Positions 56,301-64,000 of a DNA stretch of 64,000 nucleotides are shown piece by piece. The stretch spans positions 18,528,001-18,592,000 of the forward strand of contig CP086569.2 of assembly GCA_009914755.4 (NCBI GenBank), given 5' to 3'. Position numbers and translations under genes: made by a program. The stretch is from the human T2T-CHM13v2.0 reference genome, Homo sapiens. Below the pieces are notes generated by a model. That model made no database searches. It was not told the DNA's origin and saw only the letters and a list, made by a program, of their open reading frames with translations. How positions within the stretch are numbered: position 1 is the stretch's first letter; every line of letters begins with the position of its first letter.

Positions 56301-59300
56301 AAGGAGTGTTTCCAACCTGCTGAATCAAAAGGAAAGTTTAGCTCTGTGAGATGAATCCACACATCACAAAGCAGTTTCACAGATAGTTTATTTCTAGTTT
56401 TTACCTGAGGATATTAGGTTTTTCTTCATAGGCCTCAAGGGCCTTCCAAATGACCTTTCACAGACTGCCCAAAAAGAGTGTTTCCAATCTGCTGAATCAA
56501 AAGAAAGGTTTAACTCTTTGAGATGAACGCACATATCAAAAAGCAGTTTCACACATTGCTTCTTTTTAGTTTTTACTTGGCCATATTCATTTATTTAACA
56601 TGGCTGCAGTGGTCTCCCAAATGTCCCTTTGCAGCTTCTAGAAAAAGGGTATTTCCAACCTGCTGATTCAAAAGAAAAGTTTGTCTCTGCAATACTAACT
56701 CATGCATCACAGAGTAGTTTCACAGATAGATTCTTTCTAGTTTTCATCTGGATGTATTCCATTTTCTTCATAGGCCTGAATGGGATCCAAAATGTCCCTT
56801 CACAGATTTTACAAAAAGACTGATTGCAACCTGTGAAATGAAAAAAAAAAAAAAAGGTTTAACTATGGGAGATGAATGCACACATCCAAAAGCAGTTTCC
56901 CAGATAGCTTCTTTCCAGTTTTCCCCTAGGGATATTTGTTTTTTCCCTTAGTCCACAATTGGCTCCCAAATGTCCCTATGCAGATTCTCCAAAAAGAATG
57001 TTTCCAAACTGCTGAGTCAAAAGAAAGTTTCATCACTGTGAGATCAATCCACACATCACAAAGCAGTTTCACAGATAGCTTCTTTCTAGTTTTTCCCTGG
57101 AGGTATTCTGTTTTTCCACATTGGTCTCAATAGGATCTCAAATGTCTCTTGGCAAATTTTCCAAAATGAGTGTTTCCAACCTTTAAAATCAAAAGAAAGG
57201 TTTATCTCAGTGAGATTAATTGAGACATCACAAAGTAGTTTCACAGATAGCTTCTTTCTACTTTTTACCTGGGGATATTCAGTTATTCTGCATAGACCTC
57301 AATGGGTTTACAAATATCCTCTCACAGATTCTTAAAAAAAAGTTTCCAACGTGCTGAATCAAAGGAAGGTTTATCACTGTAAGATGAATCCACACATCAC
57401 AAAGCAGTTTCACGGATAGCTTCTTTATATTTTTTATCTGGGAATATTTGATTTGTTCCCTTGGGCTAAAATGGGCTCCCAAATGTTGGTTCAGACATTC
57501 TACAAAAACAGTTTTTCCAACCGGTGGAATCAAAAGAAACGTTTGAATCTGTGATATGAATCCACATATCACAAAGCAGTTACACAGAAAGCCTCTCTCT
57601 AGTTTTTACCTGGAAATATTCAGGTTTTCCACAGGAGCCTCCATGGGCTCCCAAATGTCTCCTGCAGATTCTCCAAAAAGAGTGTTTTCAACCTGCTGAA
57701 TCAAAAGAAAGGTTTAACCCTGTGAGATGAATCCTTGCAACACAGAGCATTTTCACAGATATCTTCTTCCTAATTTTTGTCTGGAAATATTCCTTTCTCT
57801 TCATATGCATGAAGGGGATCACAAATGTCCCTTTGCAGATTCACCAGAAAGAGTGATTGCAACCCGCTGAATCAAAAGAAAAGTTTACCTTTGTGAGATG
57901 AATGCACACAACACAAAACAGTTCCCCAGATAGCTTCTTTCTAGTTTTTACCTGGGGATATTCTGTTATTCCCCTAGGCCACAGTGGTCTCCCAAATGTC
58001 CCTTTGTAGATTCTCCCAAAATGTGTTTCCAACCTGCTGAATCAAAACAAAACGTTTAACTCTGTGAGATGAAACCACACATCACCAAGCAGTTGCACAA
58101 ATAGCTTCTTTCTAGTTTTTGCCTGTGGATATTTTGTTTTTATCCCTTTGGCATCAATGGACTCCCAAATATCCCTTTGTAGGTCTCCAGGAAGAGTGTT
58201 TCCATCCTGTTGAATCAAAAGAATCGTTTAACTCTGTAAGTTGAACCCACATATCACAAAGCAGTTTCACAGATAGCCTATTTCGAGTTTTTATCAGGAG
58301 ATATTTGGTGTATCTCCATGGACCTCAAAAGGCTTCCTAGAGTCCCTTTGCAGATTGTCCAAAAAGAATGTTTTGAACCTGCTGAATCTAAGAAAGTTTA
58401 ACCCTGTGAGAAGAATCCACACATCAGAAAGCAGTTTCACATGCAGCTTCTTCCCAGTATTTATTCTGGGTATTTGATTTTTTCCCTAGGCCTCAATAGG
58501 CTCCCAAATGTCCCTTAGCAGATTCTCTAAAAAGAGTGTTTCCAACCTGCTGCATCATAAGAAAGGTTTACCACTGTGAGTTGAATCCAAACATCACAAA
58601 GCAGTCTCACAGATAGCTCCTTTCCAGTTTTTATCTAAGGATATTTGTTTTTTTCTGCCTATGCCTCAAAGAGATCCCAAATGACCCTTCACACATACTC
58701 CAGAAAGAGAGTTTTCAACCTGCTGAATCAAAAGAATATTTAAACTCTGTGAGATGAATCCACACATCACAAAGCAGTTTCACAGATAGCTTCTTTCTAG
58801 TTTTTACCTGGGATTATTTGTTTTTTCCCCATAGACCTCAATGAACTCCCAAATGTCCCTTTGTAGATTCTCCAATAAGAATGTTTCCAAGCTGTTGAAT
58901 CAAAAGAAAGGTTTAACTCTGTGAGATGAATCCACAAGTCACAAGGCAGTTTCACAGATAGCTTCTTTCTAGTTTTTATCTGGGGATATGTATTTTTTCC
59001 CCTTGGGACTCACTGAGATCACAAATTTCCTTTGCAGATCTTCCAGAAAGACAGTTTCCAACCTGCTGAATCAAAGGAAACGTTTACCTCTCTTAGATGA
59101 ATCCACACATCACAAAGCAATTTCACAGATAGCTTCCTTCTAGTTTTTACCTGGAGATTTTTTTTTTTTTCTTACAGACCTCAATGGGCTCCCAAATGTC
59201 CCTTCAGAGATTCTCCAAGGAGAGTGTCTTTAACCTGCTGAATCAAAGGAAACGTTTGCCTCTGTGAGATGAATCCACAAAATACAAGGCTGTTATACAG

Positions 59301-62300
59301 ATAGCATCTTTCTAGATGTTACTAGGGGATATTCCTTTTCTTTTTTTTTTTCTCATTGTCCTCAATGGGCTCCTGAATGTCACTTCACAAATCCTCCAAA
59401 AGAAGTGTTTCCAAACTGCTGAAACTAAAGAAAGGGTTAACTCTGTGAGATGAATCCATAAATCACATAGCTGTTTCATGGACATTTTCTTTCTAGTTTT
59501 CACCAAGGAACATTCCACTCCCATGGGCTTCACCGAGATCCCAAATATTTTTTGGCAGATTCTCCAAAAAGGGAGTTTCCAACCTGCTGAATCAAAAGCA
59601 ATGTTTAACTCTGTGAGATGAATACAGGCATCACAAAGCAGTTTCACAGATAGCTTCTTTCTAGTTTTTTTTTTTTTTTCTGGGGATATTCAGTTTTTTT
59701 GCATGGGCCACAACTGGCTGTCAAAAGTCCCCTGGCAGATTCTCCAAAAAGAGTTGTTCCAACTGGCTGAATAAAAAGAAAAGTTTACCTCTATGAGATG
59801 AATCCAGACAACACAAAGTGTTTCACAGACAGCTAGCTTCTTTCTATTTTTTATCTGGGGATATTCCATATTTTCCCATGGGCCACAGTGGGCTCCCAAA
59901 TGTCCTTTCACTGATTCTTCTAAAGAGTGTTTTCAACCTACTGAATATAAAGAAATATTTAACTCTGTGAGATGAATCCACACATCACAAAGCAGTATCA
60001 CAGGTAGCTTTTTTCTAGTTTTATTTGGGGATAATTTTTTTCATGAGCATCAATGGACTCCCAATTATGCCTTAGCAGATTCTACAAAAACAGTGTTTCC
60101 ATCCAGCAGAAATAAAAAAAGGGTTAAACTCCGTGAGATGAACCCACACATCACAAAGCAGTTTTATGGACAGCATTTTTCTAGTTTTTATCAAGAGATA
60201 TTCTGTTTTTCCCCATGGGCCTCAATGGGCTCCCAAATATCACCTTGAAGATTCTTCCTAAAGAGTTTTTTCAACTGCTGAATTAAAAGAAACGTTTAAC
60301 TCTGTGAGATGAATGCATATGACACTGAGCAGTTTCACACATAGTTTCTATATAGTTTTTTCCTGGGGACATTCTGTTTTTTCCCCATAGCCCACAATGA
60401 GGTCCAAAATGTCCCTTCACCTATTCTCCAAAAAGAGTGTTTCAACCTGTTGTAACAAAAGGAAGGTTTAAGTTTGTCAGATGAATCCACACATCACAAA
60501 GCAGTTTCACAGAGAGCTTCTTTCTAATTTTACTTGGGGATATTCGTTTTTTTCTGATATGCCTCAATGGGCTCACAAATATGCCCTGGCAGATTCTCCA
60601 AAAAGAGTATTTCCAAGATACTGAATCAAAAGAAAGATTTCACTTTGTGAGGTGAATCCATGCATCACAAAGCAGTTTCACGGATATATTCTAGTTTTTA
60701 CCCTGAGATATTTAGTTTTTTCCCCATGGGCCTCAATGGTTTCCAAAATTTATCTTTGTAAATTTTCCAAGAGGAGTGTTTCCAACCTGCTGAATCAAAA
60801 GAAAGGTTTAACTCTGTGAGATGAATCCATACATCTCAAAGGCATTTCACAGATAGCATCTTTCTAGTTTTTGTCTGGAAATATTCAGTTTCTTTGATAG
60901 AGCATCAATAGGTTCCAAAATGTCCCTTCTCAGATTCTACATGCTGAATAAAAGGAAAGGTTTATTCATTTGAGATGAATCCGCAATCACAAAGCAGTTT
61001 TACAGTAACCTTCTTCCTAGTTTTTGTCTGTGGATATTCTGTTTTTCCTCATGGGCCTCACTTGGCTCCCAAATGTCCCTTTGCATATTCATCAAAAAGA
61101 GTGTTTCTAACCTGCTGAATAGGAAAAAAACGTTCAAACCTTTGAGATGAATCCACAAATTGCAAAGAAGTTTTACACATAGCCTGTTTCTAGTTTTAAT
61201 CTAAGAATATTTGAAATTTTCCATGGGCCTCAATGGGTTCTTGAATGTCCCTTTGGAGATTCTCCAAAAAAAGTGTCTTGAACCTGCTGAATCAAAAGAA
61301 AGATTTAACTCTGTGAGATAAATCCATACATCACAAACCAGTTTTACAGATAGCTTATTTGTGGGTTTTACAGGAAATATTCAGTTTTTTTGCATGGGTC
61401 CCACTGGGCTTCCAAATGTCCCTTTGCAGTTTCTCCAAAAAGGGTGTTTCCAATCTACTGAATCAAAAGAAAGGGTTAACACTGTGAGATGAATCTACAC
61501 ATCACAAAGCAGTTTCACAGAGAGCATCTTTCTAGTTTTTACTGTGAAATATTTAATTTTTCCCCATAGGCCTCAATGGGCTCCCAAATTTCCCTTCACA
61601 GATTCTCCAAAAAAAGTGTTTCCAAAGTGCTGTATCAAAAGAGAAATATAACACTATGAGATGAATCCACAGCTCACAAAGCAGTTTCACATATAGCTTC
61701 TTTCTAGTATTTTTCTGGGGATATTGAATTTTCCCCCCTGGGCCTTGATGAACTGCCAAATAAATGTCTCTTCAGGCATTCTTAAAGAAGAGTCTTTCCC
61801 ACCTGGTAAATCAAAAAAAAAAAAAAAACATTGAACTCTGTGAGATAAATCGGGACTTCCCAAAGCTGTTTCACAGATAGCTACTTTCTAGGTTTTACAT
61901 GCAGTTATTCAGTTTTTCCTCATGGGCCTCAATGGGCTACCAAATGTCCAGTTGCAGATTCACCAAAAAGAGTGTTTCTAACCTGCTGCATCAAAACAAG
62001 GTTCAAAGCTTTTAGATGAATCCACACATTGCAAAGCATTTTTCCGGATAGCTTGTTTCTAGTTTTGATCTAAATGTATTCCGTTTTTTTTCCCATGGGC
62101 CTCAATGGGATCCAAAATGTCCCTTTGCAGATTCTCCAAAAAAAAGTGTTTCCAACCTGATGAATCAAAAGTAATGTTTAACTCTGTGAGTTTAATCCTC
62201 ACTTCAAAAAGCAATTTCACAGATTTTTTTCTGTTTTTTACACAAGTTTACTGGGTTTTTCCCTGTGGGCCTCAATGGGTTCCCAACAGTCCCTTCACAG

Positions 62301-63073
62301 ATTCTCCAAAAAGAGTTTTTCCAACCTGCTGAATCAAAAGAAAGGTTTAATTCTCTGAGATGAATCCATACATTGCAAAGCAGTTTCACAGATAGCTTCT
62401 TTCTAGTTTTTACTTGAGATTTTTGTTTTTTTCCCAGTGGGCCTCAATGAACTCTCAAATGTCCCTTCCAGATTTTCCAAAGAGTATTGAAGCCTGCTGA
62501 ATCAAAAGAAAAATATAACTCTGTGAGATGAATCCACCCAGCACAAAGCAGTTTCACAGATAGCTTCTTATTTGTACATGGGGATATTTCTTTTTTCCCA
62601 TGGGCCACAATGGGCTACCAAATGTTTGTTGGTAGATTGTCCAAAAAGAGTGTTTGCAACCTGCTGAAACAAAAGAAATATTCAACACTGTGAGATGAAC
62701 CCACACATCACAAAGCAGTTTAACCGATATATTGTTTCTAGTTTTTGCCTGGAGATATTCAGTTTTTCTCCATGTGCCTCAAGGGGCATCAAAATGTCCT
62801 TTGCAGATGCTCAAAAAAGATTGTTTCCAACTTGCTGTATTAAAGGAAAGTTTTATCTCTGTAAGATGAATCCACACATCAGAAATCAGTTTCACATATA
62901 CTTTTTTTTCTGATTTTTACCTGGGAATATTTGGTTTTCCCCCAAAGGCCTCAATGGGGTCCCAAATATAAATTCACAGATTCTCCAAAAGGAGTGTTTC
63001 CAACCTACTGAATCAAAACAAAGATTTAGCTCTGTGAGATTAATCGATACATCACAAATCAGTTGGCCAATCC
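50337..63073 (-). repeat. Alpha satellite family B, the main block of ~12.7 kb (~74 monomers). It contains one Alu (51546-51847) and several monomer-internal homopolymer expansions.
   Basis: Repeating ..ctggggatattcagtttttccccataggcctcaatgggctcccaaatgtccctttgcagattctccaaaaagagtgtttccaacctgctgaatcaaaagaaaggtttaactctgtgagatgaatccacacatcacaaagcagtttcacagatagcttctttctagtttttac.. Confidence 0.95.
51546..51847 (-). mobile_element. Alu inside alpha satellite
   Basis: cttttctttttttttttttttttggaggtggagtcttgctctgtcacccaggctggagtgcagtggtgcaatttcccactcactgcaagctccacc ... ctgggattagaggcatgagccaccccacctggc. Confidence 0.9.
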
Positions 63074-64000
63074 AATTGGATAGACATGGTATAAAATACT
63101 TAAAATTTCCAGATTTGATCCAAATTTAATTGTAGTTCCTTTAAACTGGTTTAAAGTTCAAGCCACCTTTCAACATTCCATTCTGTGGAAAATTCACTTG
63201 GTTGATTTCATTGGTATTATTGACAATCATTATCCAAAGAACAAATTGTTTGATTTTATAAAACTTACGTCTTCAGTGGTCCCTTGATTAAGCAAAAATC
63301 AGCCCATTCCTGGGGCCATCACAGTGTTCACTAATGGCTCCAGCAATGCAAATGCTGGTTATATAGGTCCTACAGACAAGCTTATTTCTACCCCTTATAC
63401 CACTACTCGAGAGGCAGAGTTAATTGCTGTAATTGTTGTCTTATAGGATTTCCCCAAGCCTTTAAATATTGTCTCTGATTCCATTTAACGTGGGAAAGAG
63501 GATATGCTTGTGTTTCACCAGGAGATCATCAAACGAAAACCACAGGGAAAAGACGTCAATGTCAGAGACCACACTTAGATGTGGTAAGATCTGTGTCAAC
63601 TCCTTAGAAGCTGGCACACTAAATCACAATGGGTCTGATTCAATCCCCCCAATGACAACGGAGACCCATCTAACTAATTACACTTCGAATTACCTTTATT
63701 TTTCTCCTTACAAACCTAAAAATCTTACCATTTCTGTTGGCCTAAAAATAACATCCCTCTGTTCTTTTCTTCCTCCTTCAGCACTAAATCTTGCTTACAG
63801 TAGGTTTTACTGAATCATTCTCCCCCTTATACTTTCTGTCTCACTAGTTTCCTCACACACTGATTTACCTGCTACACAAAATTATTCTTACTGGGCTTAT
63901 GTGCCTTTTCCTCCACTTGTTTGACCTCTCACCTGGACGGATGCTCCTGCAGAAATCTACACTAATGATAGTGTGTGGATGACTGCAGCTACAGATGACA
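63074..64000 (+). mobile_element. HERV-K-like pol-env fragment. It comprises the RT C-terminus and RNase H (~63074-63500) and then the env N-terminus (~63560 to the window end). It begins abruptly at the satellite edge and continues past the window. There is no room for integrase between RNase H and env, so I infer an internal deletion.
   Basis: The translation reads ..IDNHYPKNKLFDFIKLTSSVVP.LSKNQPIPGAITVFTNGSSNANAGYIGPTDKLISTPYTTTREAELIAVIVVL*DFPKPLNIVSDS, against HERV-K pol ..[56 protein letters not shown]. At the 3' end the translation reads ..[43 protein letters not shown], against HERV-K env ..[43 protein letters not shown]. Confidence 0.8.

Overview
This window is primate (human-type) nuclear DNA, not a prokaryotic locus. 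I find no defence, CRISPR or operon-type system in it. It crosses a pericentromeric boundary.

Positions 1 to about 30726 are Alu-dense chromosome-arm sequence. I count at least 25 Alu copies there, together with simple repeats, old antisense L1 fragments, a processed pseudogene of adenylate kinase 6 (AK6) split by an Alu insertion with a 20-bp target-site duplication, and a roughly 1.3-kb CpG-rich island followed by a roughly 400-bp polypyrimidine tract.

Positions 30727 to 63073 are about 32 kb of diverged (monomeric-type) alpha satellite, every monomer reverse-complemented relative to the usual consensus. I saw no CENP-B boxes. Two monomer families are present: 'ctacaaaaag / gagctgaatgcacacatc / ttttcactatagg' from 30.7 to 42.0 kb, and 'ctccaaaaag / gagatgaatccacacatc / ttttccccatagg' from 42.1 to 63.07 kb. 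They switch exactly at a truncated Alu at 41974-42119.

The satellite is interrupted by five Alus, an L1PA element with a full 5' end but truncated inside ORF2 (42862-47270, minus strand), and a HERV-K-like 5'LTR-PBS(Lys)-gag fragment (48369-50336, minus strand). It ends at 63073 against a HERV-K-like pol(RNase H)-env fragment on the plus strand.

All four satellite-to-retroelement junctions cut the retroelement internally, so the array looks like a recombination or duplication patchwork rather than simple nested insertions. I can support no intact protein-coding gene. The six-frame ORFs inside the repeats are artefacts.
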